64,000 bases of DNA from Alphaproteobacteria bacterium (GCA_021776025.1 JAJFGR010000011.1:2631-66630), one strand, 5' to 3'. Shown: positions 16,684 through 26,114, counted from the stretch's first letter. Notes: a model not told the origin generated them from the sequence alone. Made by a program: numbers and translations.

Positions 16684-18056
16684 CTATTCAAATTTTTATC
16701 AATGTCTTTAAAGCTCATGCGCAAGCGTGAAGACAGCAATACTGACATCACCATTTCTTGGCGTAGCTGGCTTTCATAAATTGCCCGGTCCAGCATTAAA
16801 TCAATAGCTTTAAGGGCGGTACCTATCCGTTTTACATTGGCGGGCTTATCATAAAGATTCGCGTAAAAGTCAGGGTTTTGGTAAATTTTCTTGGCGAGAA
16901 TCTCGAGCTGTGAATAATAGCTGAAATCTATATATTGGGTTCCACCATCTAGTTCATAGCCATCTCTAAGCCCCATATATTGGTCTATTTCTTCTTCAGG
17001 AATGCCCAGCTCTGTCATCACGGCGCCTAAAAACATATACGTATTTGTTGTCGCCGGATTCTGCGGGTCCAATAAACCACCCACGCTCCCTAAGCTTTTT
17101 AAAGCCACAATACTGTTGAAAGAATTTTCAGCCACGGCGCGTTTTGCCGCAACGGAACGCAGCGTTAGATAAAGCCCAGGCTTACTATCATCAAGAAGAC
17201 TGGTACGGCTAATATCGCGGAAAAGAATGTTATGGCCATAAAGGTTGTTCCCTAAAGCTTGTATATCAATTTCATCTGGAGAGCCAACGTCGAGGGGTCT
17301 GGATATATCAAGGATCCGGCGGTTTTCGACAGCCCGTGTATAATCAATGTCGATATTAACGCGCTCTTTTGCCACGGCTAGGGAAGTGCCCGCTTTCGTA
17401 GCGGCATCTCGTTTAGGCAGACAGACCGTACTCAAACCTGTACCGGTACCGGCGCCCAGCCAATTGTTGTCTCTTTCATCACAATAAACTTCGGTAAATT
17501 GAGTCCAGCGCGCTATTTTATCCGATAATGCGCTTGGCGCGCCGGCCATATTACGGCGGCCAAGATGGCGGGCGAGTTGGCGCTGGCCCATGACTTGCGC
17601 ATTATAACGGGCAACGCTTTCGGAGTGGCCCAAAGACCGAACATTTGTTCCGAAAGCACAAAAGGTTGTGCTGGGTTGATAATCTTTATGTGCCTGAACC
17701 TGCAGTTCTTGAAAAAGCCGCTGGGTTTCGAGTTGGTGTTTTGCATCAAAAAACTTGCCGATAATCATTGTTTGCTGCATTGCCACGGCAGACATCTGTT
17801 CGGTGAAAAGCTGCAACGCCGGTAAAATTTGCTCTAAAAAGAACGTGTTTGTGAGCCAGTCACGATGCTGATTAAACTCTTGCGCTATATGGTTTGTAAT
17901 ATCTATTCTGCCTTGTTCGTGCGCAGCAGGTAACGGACAAGCAAAGGCATGGGCGGGTTTTACGGGAATTACAGAGACAGAGGCAAAGATGAAAAGTGCA
18001 CCTAAAACGGTGCAAAGTGTTTGTCCAAAAAACCGAATGGAAAAAACCTTTTTCAT
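16680..18056 (-). CDS. secreted protein, paralog 1 of the same family (possible IcmX/TraW-type component, unverified)
   Basis: 458 aa with a signal peptide ending VKPAHA. Carries the blocks FFDAKHQLETQRLFQELQVQAHKDYQPSTTFCAFGT, EVYCDERDNN and KKIYQNPDFYANLYDKPANVKR. It has a 4-nt ATGA overlap with paralog 2. Confidence 0.6.
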   Translation of the reverse strand: MKKVFSIRFFGQTLCTVLGALFIFASVSVIPVKPAHAFACPLPAAHEQGRIDITNHIAQEFNQHRDWLTNTFFLEQILPALQLFTEQMSAVAMQQTMIIGKFFDAKHQLETQRLFQELQVQAHKDYQPSTTFCAFGTNVRSLGHSESVARYNAQVMGQRQLARHLGRRNMAGAPSALSDKIARWTQFTEVYCDERDNNWLGAGTGTGLSTVCLPKRDAATKAGTSLAVAKERVNIDIDYTRAVENRRILDISRPLDVGSPDEIDIQALGNNLYGHNILFRDISRTSLLDDSKPGLYLTLRSVAAKRAVAENSFNSIVALKSLGSVGGLLDPQNPATTNTYMFLGAVMTELGIPEEEIDQYMGLRDGYELDGGTQYIDFSYYSQLEILAKKIYQNPDFYANLYDKPANVKRIGTALKAIDLMLDRAIYESQLRQEMVMSVLLSSRLRMSFKDIDKNLNR

Positions 18057-18287
18057 ACCTCTTTATATAGCCCCGTATTATTTTATAAATAACCGCCCTG
18101 ACTGCTCTTTTTTGAAAATACAGACAGAAAATTTGCTCACTTCTTTTTATTGTATCACAAGCTTTTACAAAAAGGCACGTTTCAAAATGTGAAAAATTTC
18201 AAACATCGCTGTTGCCGCGCTTGTGTCCAAGCCTATTTTACTACAGTATAGTACAGTTATTTTATCACATGTAGGCGTTAAATCAGC

Positions 18288-18989
18288 ATGGCTGCCAAAA
18301 AACAAAAAGCTCAAAAGACCGCTCAGCGGACTGCTAAAGATGAAAAAAGTGATGGTGCTGGTGAAGACAATACCGGTCTTGGCAAAGTTGTCATTCGTAA
18401 TGAATTTTACCGTGATGGCTATCGTAGTCTTTTGCGGCTATCCTTACTGCAAGGCCTTATTATACTTGCTCTTTTAGGAGCTATGTATTTCGTCATTCAG
18501 ACCCACCAGCCGGAAAATCGTTATTTTGCGACGACCGAGGATGGCCGCCTTGTGCCGATGGTTGCTTTAAATGAGCCAAATTTAAGTACGCCGGCGCTGA
18601 TGTCATGGGTCGCACAGGCCGCAACAGAAGTGATGACCTTCGGTTTTAATGACTATCGGCGGCGATTGCAGGAATCTTCCAGAACCTTTACCCGCCGCGG
18701 CTGGGAAAGCTTTACTGGCGCTTTGCAGCGTTCACGGATTATTGAAATGGTTGAAGCCAATCAACAGGTCGTCACGGCTGCCCCGCAAGGTGCACCAATT
18801 GTGATTTCAGAAGGGCTTGTTGCCGGGCGCTATCAATGGCAGGTGCAGCTGCCGCTTATTCTGACCTATCAATCCGGGGCGCGCACACGAACCGACAAAC
18901 TTCTGGTTACGATCGTTATTGTACGGGTTCCGAGACTAGAAAGCCCCAATGGCGTCGGTATCGAACAATGGGTTGCCGTACCCCGATAG
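18288..18989 (+). CDS. icmL: DotI/IcmL (TraM-like) type IVB inner-membrane protein
   Basis: 233 aa. A basic N-terminus and one TM helix precede a periplasmic domain (ALMSWVAQAATEVMTFGFNDYRRRLQESSRTFTRRGWESF...) typical of the IcmL family. It comes first in the icmL-K-E-G order. Confidence 0.8.
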   Translation: MAAKKQKAQKTAQRTAKDEKSDGAGEDNTGLGKVVIRNEFYRDGYRSLLRLSLLQGLIILALLGAMYFVIQTHQPENRYFATTEDGRLVPMVALNEPNLSTPALMSWVAQAATEVMTFGFNDYRRRLQESSRTFTRRGWESFTGALQRSRIIEMVEANQQVVTAAPQGAPIVISEGLVAGRYQWQVQLPLILTYQSGARTRTDKLLVTIVIVRVPRLESPNGVGIEQWVAVPR

Positions 18990-19156
18990 ATCTGGCTTAA
19001 AGAGTGCGAATTCCTGTTTATTATGCGCTATCATGGGTGAGCATTTAAAACCCGTAACCGTAAGACCTGTGTGTTTTTCCCTTTTTTACCTATTTGAATG
19101 GTGACAGTGATTTTTTATCTGTCTATCCTAAAATTTGGTACTAACAGTGCGATCGA

Positions 19157-20245
19157 ATGTTATTCTACATGCGTATCTTAAAACAAACGGCCAGAGACTG
19201 GCGTTCACTCTCTTTAAGCACCTGCTTTGCGGGGTTTTTGCTAATGTCTTTTGGTGCTTATGCGCAGCTTCCTTCTTTACCTGGCGAAGAATCACCGCCG
19301 GGCGCTAATGCGGATGCACTCCCATCCGGGCCAAGCAAAGCCTTTGATTTTGATAATAGCGATGATGCTTTGGGTTTTGAAGAATCAGCAGAAGAACGAA
19401 AAGAGCAGGCCCGTGATGAGGCTTTTGATGCCGCGATTCAGGGGCTTTTGCCTTTACGGCCAAAAGAGATACGCACTCTGCTTGAGCGTTTTGACCGAAC
19501 GCAAGAATCTGTTGAAACGCCTGTTTACCCAAATCCAAAGCCTGAAGTGGTTGTACAAAATATAAGCCTTGATCCCGGCGCGGAACCTGTTGTGGTCAAG
19601 TTGGCCTACGGACATGTGACAACCATTAATTTTCTAGATTCTTCCGGGGCTCCTTGGCCTGTCCAAGATATAAGCTGGGCCGGAAGTTTTGAGGTTATAG
19701 AGGTTGAACAAGGTGAGGATGGTGACGAAGATGGTAGCGTAAGCTTTACGCATATGTTCCGCATTTCACCACAGTCTGAATTTGCCTATGGAAACATGTC
19801 TATTACTATGACAGGGCTGATGACGCCTGTCATTATAACGCTTGAAACGAATAGGGAAATTGTGCATTACCGTTTTGATGCAGTTATTCCTGAATTTGGA
19901 CCGCTGGCCGAAGCGCCTATCATAGAATCGGGAATTTCTACAACCGCGGGAGATCAGGATCTGTCTTCTATTCTTGAGGGGATTATACCGGCCAATGCCG
20001 CGCGCCTAAACGTTTCAGGCGCAGACGGTCGAACCTCTGCTTATCGTTATAATGAATCCGTTTATGTCAGAACGCCCTTAACACTCTTATCGCCAGGTTG
20101 GAGTAGTTCGGCAGCTTCGGCAGATGGGACCCGCGTTTATCAAATAAGTGATGCGCCTGTTTTATTATTGTCTGACCGGGGCCGGATGGTGCGCGCGAAG
20201 CTCTCTGACCGTATTGATATATTAGAGGATATTGTGGATGAGTGA
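19157..20245 (+). CDS. icmK: DotH/IcmK (TraN-like) outer-membrane core protein
   Basis: 362 aa with a signal peptide. Carries LRPKEIRTLLERFDRTQESVETP and VVKLAYGHVTTINFLDSSGAPWPVQDISW. The start may be Met5 (19169). Confidence 0.8.
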   Translation: MLFYMRILKQTARDWRSLSLSTCFAGFLLMSFGAYAQLPSLPGEESPPGANADALPSGPSKAFDFDNSDDALGFEESAEERKEQARDEAFDAAIQGLLPLRPKEIRTLLERFDRTQESVETPVYPNPKPEVVVQNISLDPGAEPVVVKLAYGHVTTINFLDSSGAPWPVQDISWAGSFEVIEVEQGEDGDEDGSVSFTHMFRISPQSEFAYGNMSITMTGLMTPVIITLETNREIVHYRFDAVIPEFGPLAEAPIIESGISTTAGDQDLSSILEGIIPANAARLNVSGADGRTSAYRYNESVYVRTPLTLLSPGWSSSAASADGTRVYQISDAPVLLLSDRGRMVRAKLSDRIDILEDIVDE

Positions 20246-21497
20246 TGATCTCGATGATGATCTGAGTATGGATGATTCTTTCGATGATTTTGAGAAGAAA
20301 GAGGGTGGTACGCTTGGCGATCTCATGCGTGACAGTCCTCTTTTTAAAATCGGGGCTATTGTTGGCGCCGCAGTTCTGCTTTTCGTTTTAATCTCTGTAT
20401 TTAGTGGCGACAAAACACCGCTTCAAGAATCCTATGTTGGCGCTGCGCCTGATATAACGGCAACCCCCGGCACAGAAGAGGCATCCCCTGCCTATGTTCA
20501 AGCCATAGAGGAAGAAAATGAACGCTCTATTGAAGAGGCTTTTCAAACAGGGGACAGCTCATTGCCGGTTCCAATCTCTCCGCCTGTAGGCATTGTCAGC
20601 CTACCGGAAGACGAAGAAGAGGCAGAAGATCCACTGCAACGTTGGCGACGCCTGCAAGAGGAGCGTCTGGAGCGGGAAATTCAGGCACGAGAAAATTTGC
20701 CGGAGGACACTGGCGCCGGCGATGCGGCGCGTCAAGAAGCCATTCAGCGGCTTGCCGATGCTATGGGCCAGCAAATGTCTACCATCCTTGAGGTTAAGGG
20801 AGAGTCCAGCCTGTCCAGCTTAAAGATGACGGATCCTGATTTTCTTGCCCAGCTGGCAGAAGCAAGGGCAGAGGCAGAAGAATTCGCTGAATTTCTTGAA
20901 GACGGAGAGCTTTCTGAGGATGTTACAGGTGAGGTTCTTCTTCCTGCTGGTGAGATTCTATATGCACAACTTTTAACGGAAGCGAACACGGATGCGCCAG
21001 GGCCGATTTTGGCAGAAATCATGTCCGGGCCGCTTAAAGGCAGCCGAATTTTGGGGACATTTGAAGAGCAGAATGAGTTGCTAACCTTAAATTTTGACAC
21101 GATTGTCTATGAAGAGGAAAGCCTTAGCATTGATGCGGTTGCATTGGATCCGGGAACTACGCTTGCCGGTATGGCCACCGAGGTTGACCATCGTTATTTA
21201 AAGCGCGTGATCCTGCCGGCAGCGGCCAGCTTTATTGAAGGTTTTGCCGGTGCTATCGGTAAAACCGCGCAAGTTACCGTTGTTACAGACGGAGGGACTG
21301 TTGTTGATGGCGAAGAGGAGCCAGATAATACTGAAGAGGTCGCTATCGGTATACAAGAGATGGGAGAGGAATTGGGTGAAATTCTTGATGATCTGGCGGA
21401 AGAAACCGAAGTTCTGGTCCGCATAGCCGCAGGAACACCGATTGGTGTTTTGTTCCTCGAGCCCGTCACTAAGGATGAAGAAGCAGAAGAACTATAG
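20238..21497 (+). CDS. icmE: DotG/IcmE (TraO, VirB10/TrbI-like) core protein, short form
   Basis: Start trimmed to the ATG at 20238. An acidic N-terminus and one TM helix precede a C-terminal TrbI-like block (LLPAGEILYAQLLTEANTDAPGPILAEIMSGPLKGSRILG...). Overlaps the icmK stop by 8 nt. Confidence 0.75.
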   Translation: MSDDLDDDLSMDDSFDDFEKKEGGTLGDLMRDSPLFKIGAIVGAAVLLFVLISVFSGDKTPLQESYVGAAPDITATPGTEEASPAYVQAIEEENERSIEEAFQTGDSSLPVPISPPVGIVSLPEDEEEAEDPLQRWRRLQEERLEREIQARENLPEDTGAGDAARQEAIQRLADAMGQQMSTILEVKGESSLSSLKMTDPDFLAQLAEARAEAEEFAEFLEDGELSEDVTGEVLLPAGEILYAQLLTEANTDAPGPILAEIMSGPLKGSRILGTFEEQNELLTLNFDTIVYEEESLSIDAVALDPGTTLAGMATEVDHRYLKRVILPAAASFIEGFAGAIGKTAQVTVVTDGGTVVDGEEEPDNTEEVAIGIQEMGEELGEILDDLAEETEVLVRIAAGTPIGVLFLEPVTKDEEAEEL

Positions 21498-21555
21498 ACT
21501 GTTTCGTTTTCTCTTTGTAAGATCATAATAATTTCAAGATTACGAGGCACCCGGC

Positions 21556-22869
21556 ATGCAGGACGATAAGAACGCGGCAGAAAATGAAGATATTGATGAT
21601 CTGGATTTTGACGATCTGGATGCCGAGGAAGACTTTGGCGATGAGTCATGGGATGATTTTGATGATAGTGATCCTGAGATCGAGGACGTAGACAGCCCTG
21701 AAAGCGCGGCTCCTGCCAAAACCGGAAATGGCAATAAGACCTTTCTACAAAAGAATTTTAATCTCATTGTGATCGCAATCGCGACCGTTGGCGGCGGCGG
21801 ATTTATTTTATCACAATTTGGTGGTGCTCCATCCACAACGCAAACGGGCGGCGAACCAGTTTATCAGGCTTCGGCAGATATGGCAGACGCCGCAGATCAA
21901 GAGCTGCCGTCCTTGGCAGGGAATGATGGCTCAGCCGTTCAGCCGCTAGATATTCCCGACCTAGAGGGCGGCTTCCCGCCTATGCCCGCACCGATTGAAA
22001 GTGTTGGCGAGGATCAGGTTGCACTGACCTCCAATGAAATTCCAGATCTTGATGTACAAGAGGAAACAGAAACGCCAATCGCTGATGCGGGTGTTTTAAC
22101 ACCTTTGCCTGACCTGACTGACGCAAGTGAAGACACAACACTTGGGGATCTTGACCTTCCTCTTGAGGGTCTGAATTTTGAACTGGAAAGCTCTTTGCAA
22201 GAGCAAATCGTAGATGAAGATGTACAGCTTAGCGCTGCAGAGCCTGAGCCCGTTGCCCTTCAGCAAGAACAAGCTGCGGATACGCTTATAGACGCAGAAC
22301 CTATTGAAAGCCCAGTTATTGATGAAGTCCCGTCCATTGTAGAAGACGCCACAGCTAAAGCCCCTCCCGAGCAGGAAACGGCCGTTGATAGCGCCGCGCT
22401 AGAGAATCAAATTTTAGCATTACAATCAACACTTAGTGAGAATGAGGGTGCGCTACAAAAAGCCTCGGCAGCCGAGGAAAAACTTACCGCAGAGCTTGAG
22501 TTCGCCAATAATCAAATTGGGAGCCTCAAAAGCGAGCTTGAGGCTTTAAAAGCAAGCGTGAGCGCGAAAAAAGCTGACACCTCGTCGTCGCCAGCCCAAA
22601 AAACTCAGACATCAGAAGCACCCTCTAAGCCGGCAGTGCCCAAACCAGAGGTTAAAAAGACCCCTCCCAAAGCCGTAAAAGAAAAGACGGAACAATGGGT
22701 TATGCGCTCTGCACAGCCTGGAGCAGCCACGCTTTATTCTAAAGATAGCGGTGATTTACGGCGCGTTGAAATGGGAGACACCATAGGTGGATTGGGCAAA
22801 ATTCAATCGATTTCCATCGAGAATGGACGTTGGGTCGTGCGCGGCTCAAAAGGCTCTATATCACAATAA
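21556..22869 (+). CDS. icmG: DotF/IcmG (TraP-like) bitopic protein
   Basis: 437 aa. A very acidic N-terminus and one TM helix (FNLIVIAIATVGGGGFILSQF) are followed by a coiled-coil and a C-terminal beta domain (WVMRSAQPGAATLY...GDTIGGLGKIQSISIENGRWVVRG). The call is supported mainly by position. Confidence 0.55.
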   Translation: MQDDKNAAENEDIDDLDFDDLDAEEDFGDESWDDFDDSDPEIEDVDSPESAAPAKTGNGNKTFLQKNFNLIVIAIATVGGGGFILSQFGGAPSTTQTGGEPVYQASADMADAADQELPSLAGNDGSAVQPLDIPDLEGGFPPMPAPIESVGEDQVALTSNEIPDLDVQEETETPIADAGVLTPLPDLTDASEDTTLGDLDLPLEGLNFELESSLQEQIVDEDVQLSAAEPEPVALQQEQAADTLIDAEPIESPVIDEVPSIVEDATAKAPPEQETAVDSAALENQILALQSTLSENEGALQKASAAEEKLTAELEFANNQIGSLKSELEALKASVSAKKADTSSSPAQKTQTSEAPSKPAVPKPEVKKTPPKAVKEKTEQWVMRSAQPGAATLYSKDSGDLRRVEMGDTIGGLGKIQSISIENGRWVVRGSKGSISQ

Positions 22870-23014
22870 CCATCTGATAATAATAAACAAATTACGGTAA
22901 CCTTTTCTTTGCACTTTTTGTGTTATGATAACTAAAGGTAAGCGTATATGTGCATTTTTAGTAAAGTTTTATTGAAATTTGCGCAGTTAACAAAAAGTAT
23001 GATGTAATAGACAT

Positions 23015-24820
23015 ATGACGGTAATTTATAATAAGAAATATGGTAGGGGTAATGTGGCTGCGTTTTTCAAAAAACTGAGCGGCATTTCGCTTTTTTCTGT
23101 TTTAATTTCAGTGCTTTATAGTTCTTCCGCCTCTGCGCAGGATGTTAGTGACCTTGCAGAGAACATGGTGACCTCTGTAGAGCAGCTTCCCGCGCTTGTT
23201 GCGGCGATCGCTTATATTCTGGGTCTTATACTCGGCATTACCGGTATTCTTAAAATTAAAGAACATGTTGAGAACCCAACGCAGGTCCCTTTACGTACAG
23301 GGGTCATTCGCTTGTTTATTGGGGGCACTCTATTCGCCCTGCCTATCGTCTATGAAGCAGTTTTCCAAACAGTTGGCAACAACCCGCTGTCTTGGGATAA
23401 CGGTTCGATAGTAAACGATGTTTCGGGCTTTTTTGGAAATATCGGTGGAGGGCTTGGCATAGACCTTAATGGTATTCTGAACAGCATTTTGGCTTCCATT
23501 GAAGAGGTTCCGGCCCTTATTTCTGCCGTGGCCTATCTTCTCGGTCTTGTGATTGTTATTCAGGGACTTTTAAAAATCAAAGACCATGTTGAGATGCCAG
23601 ATGGTCAGGGCGCGACCCCTCTTAAAGAAGGCGTTGTGCGGCTTCTTGTTGGTGGCGCTTTGTTTGCTCTGCCGAGCATTTATAACGCGATGTTTGATGC
23701 TGTGGGCGGAAACGGTCTTGGGATTATTGGCAATATTACATCTATTCTGGGCAGTGCTGGTTTCCTTTATTCTTCATATGCACAAGGCTTGTGTAACCCG
23801 GTTGCATCTACTGTTGGTGGCGTAGGCGCTTTTTTTGGGCTGGGTGGCCCAAGCACCGGACAGCTTATGTGTGGCATTCTTTTACATGCCGGGGCCTTCC
23901 CTGCATTCTTGACAGCTTGTAGCTATGTTATTGGCCTTGTGCTTGGCCTCTGGGGTATTTTCAAACTTCGTGACCATGTTTTGAACCCGCAACAAACGCA
24001 AATCTGGGAAGGGGTTTCACGCCTACTAGCTGGCGGCTTTTTCTTTGCCTTGCCCGTTGTTGTCGAGGTTGCCAGAAGCACGCTGGGAGCACCAGCGATG
24101 ACCGTAGCTGCGGGCTCTCCCATCAGCCTTAGAGGCTATAATGATGGTAGCGGTGGCGGTATTGGTGGCTTTTTCGCTAATATATTAAGCAGCGGTGGCT
24201 GTGGTGGCGCAGGCGGTATTGGTGGCTTTTTCGGTCTTGGTGGCACCGGTGGCGGCAGTGGCTTAGGCCTGGACCAAATGCTTGTCTGTATGATGGGCGA
24301 TATTATGGGACCACTCCATGTCGTATTGAATTTCTTCGCTTTTGTTGCCGGAATGATTTTACTGATGATCGGTATATCACGGCTTATAAAAAGCGCACAG
24401 GACGGTGCGCGCGGACCGGGCGGTATTGGTACAGCTATGACGTTTGTAACCGGCGCGGCGCTTATTTCTTACAATGAACTGGTGCGGGCTTTTTCAACAA
24501 CATTGGTTGGCAGTCCCGTGACAGCGACCTTTGCAAAAATGCAGTATAATGTTTGTGCGGGTGGCGGCACGTGCGCTGAGTCTACGGCGGCTCATTCAAC
24601 CATTAGTGCAATTTTACAATTTGTAATCATCGTTGGCCTCATAAGCTTCGTTCGTGGTATATTTATTATCCGCGGCGTTGCAGAGGGCAACCAACAGTCT
24701 TCGATCATGGCGGGAGTCACCCATATTGTTGGGGGGGCGCTAGCCGTGAACTTAGGCCCGGTTATCAATGCGGTTCAGTCCACATTGGGAATTGGGCAAT
24801 TTGGTATTGCATTCTCGTAA
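23015..24820 (+). CDS. polytopic membrane protein made of five tandem DotE/DotP (IcmC/IcmD)-like two-helix modules
   Basis: 601 aa with a signal peptide (…SSSASAQ). The modules fall at aa 55-121, 162-231, 292-358, 431-497 and 529-592. Modules 1-3 keep the core L.KIK(E/D)HV.NP.Q.PL..G..RL..GG.LFALP. Gly-rich GGFF linkers join the modules. The gene occupies the icmC slot. Confidence 0.6.
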   Translation: MTVIYNKKYGRGNVAAFFKKLSGISLFSVLISVLYSSSASAQDVSDLAENMVTSVEQLPALVAAIAYILGLILGITGILKIKEHVENPTQVPLRTGVIRLFIGGTLFALPIVYEAVFQTVGNNPLSWDNGSIVNDVSGFFGNIGGGLGIDLNGILNSILASIEEVPALISAVAYLLGLVIVIQGLLKIKDHVEMPDGQGATPLKEGVVRLLVGGALFALPSIYNAMFDAVGGNGLGIIGNITSILGSAGFLYSSYAQGLCNPVASTVGGVGAFFGLGGPSTGQLMCGILLHAGAFPAFLTACSYVIGLVLGLWGIFKLRDHVLNPQQTQIWEGVSRLLAGGFFFALPVVVEVARSTLGAPAMTVAAGSPISLRGYNDGSGGGIGGFFANILSSGGCGGAGGIGGFFGLGGTGGGSGLGLDQMLVCMMGDIMGPLHVVLNFFAFVAGMILLMIGISRLIKSAQDGARGPGGIGTAMTFVTGAALISYNELVRAFSTTLVGSPVTATFAKMQYNVCAGGGTCAESTAAHSTISAILQFVIIVGLISFVRGIFIIRGVAEGNQQSSIMAGVTHIVGGALAVNLGPVINAVQSTLGIGQFGIAFS

Positions 24821-24886
24821 AAAGCGGGTGGTCCGTGAGAGTGTAAATTTTAGTGAGCAAACCTTTTGGTAGAGGAGAACTAACCT

Positions 24887-25273
24887 ATGACTATTTTTAA
24901 AAAAACTTACAGTAAAGCTGGTGCAATGATGGTTGCTGGTATGGTTGCTGGACAGGCTGGTACAGCCCATGCTGGTAACAACTTCAGTAACATTGCAGCA
25001 AATATTACGACATCGATTTCAGACCTGCCTGGTCTGTTGTCAGCTCTGTCATACCTCTTTGGTATTCTGATGGGTGTTCTTGGTGTGATGAAAATTAAAG
25101 ATCACGTTGAAAACCCAACACAGACACCGTTGAAAGATGGTGCGATTAGACTGGCTGCCGGTGGCGCATTATTTGCGCTCCCAATTATGTTCGAAGCAAT
25201 GTTCGAAACAGTTGGTACAGGTACTACTGTTGATGCAGCACAACTGAAAAAGGTTAACTTTGTAACAACCTAA
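24887..25273 (+). CDS. DotP/IcmD-like (pilin-like) small membrane protein, single module
   Basis: 128 aa. A signal peptide ending TAHA is followed by two hydrophobic helices flanking KIKDHVENPTQTPLKDGAIRL. By eye it is ~55-60% identical to module 1 of the upstream 601-aa protein. An RBS (GAGGAG) lies upstream. Confidence 0.6.
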   Translation: MTIFKKTYSKAGAMMVAGMVAGQAGTAHAGNNFSNIAANITTSISDLPGLLSALSYLFGILMGVLGVMKIKDHVENPTQTPLKDGAIRLAAGGALFALPIMFEAMFETVGTGTTVDAAQLKKVNFVTT

Positions 25274-25276
25274 TTC

Positions 25277-25996
25277 ATGGAAAGCTATCCCATTATATTG
25301 GGAATTTCCCGGCCAAATCCGGGAAGTTCAAAAAGTCAGAGTGGAGCCGGAAAATCCGGCTCCTCTTCTGCTATCAACAACAAAGTACCTAAAGATCTTA
25401 AGCAAAAGATTTTTGAACGCGATGATTTCACCTGCCAGTGCTGCGGGTTCCAATCTAAGAAATATCAGGAAATCCTGCATAAAAATCACAATCCAACGGA
25501 TATGTCGGAAAGCAACCTTTTAACTGTCTGCATTTTCTGTCAGCAATGTTTTTGCCTAGAAAGTGTAAGCGGGATGAAATCTGGCGTCCTAATCTGGATG
25601 CCCGAGATTGATCAGGCAACGCTGCATCATATAGCGCGTGCAATTTATGTCGCGCGAATTTCGCAGGGGCCGGTCGCAGAAGCGGCGAGAAAATCTCTGG
25701 ATATCATTATGGGGCGGCGCGATGAGGTTAAAAAAAGAATTCATACTGATGATCCTTATATCTTAGCGACTGTCTTAAAGGATTATTTAGGGCCAAAGCA
25801 TTACGCTGCGCGCGAAAATAAACTGGAAGGCTTGCGTTTATTCCCATTAGACCGGCGCATTATTAAAGAAGCCGATCTGGAATTTAATCAATTTCCACAA
25901 ATCTTGGCTTATTGGCGTTCAAAAGACGGTCCATTTGGCGGAAAAACGCCGCCGCAATGGATTTCGATTTATCAGGACTTGCTTCAAGCTGCCTGA
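25277..25996 (+). CDS. icmJ: DotN/IcmJ-like zinc-binding protein
   Basis: 239 aa. The Cys cluster is FTCQCCGF...LLTVCIFCQQCFCLES. It lies immediately upstream of icmB, as in Dot/Icm loci. Confidence 0.65.
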   Translation: MESYPIILGISRPNPGSSKSQSGAGKSGSSSAINNKVPKDLKQKIFERDDFTCQCCGFQSKKYQEILHKNHNPTDMSESNLLTVCIFCQQCFCLESVSGMKSGVLIWMPEIDQATLHHIARAIYVARISQGPVAEAARKSLDIIMGRRDEVKKRIHTDDPYILATVLKDYLGPKHYAARENKLEGLRLFPLDRRIIKEADLEFNQFPQILAYWRSKDGPFGGKTPPQWISIYQDLLQAA

Positions 25997-26114
25997 TTTC
26001 ACTTTATTCCGGCATAAAACACCCTCTTTGTCTTTAAAACTCTAGGACGTGACCATGATCTTGGTTATATTTATCTGTGGTGATCCCTAAGAGCAAAATG
26101 AACAAATATCTTTT

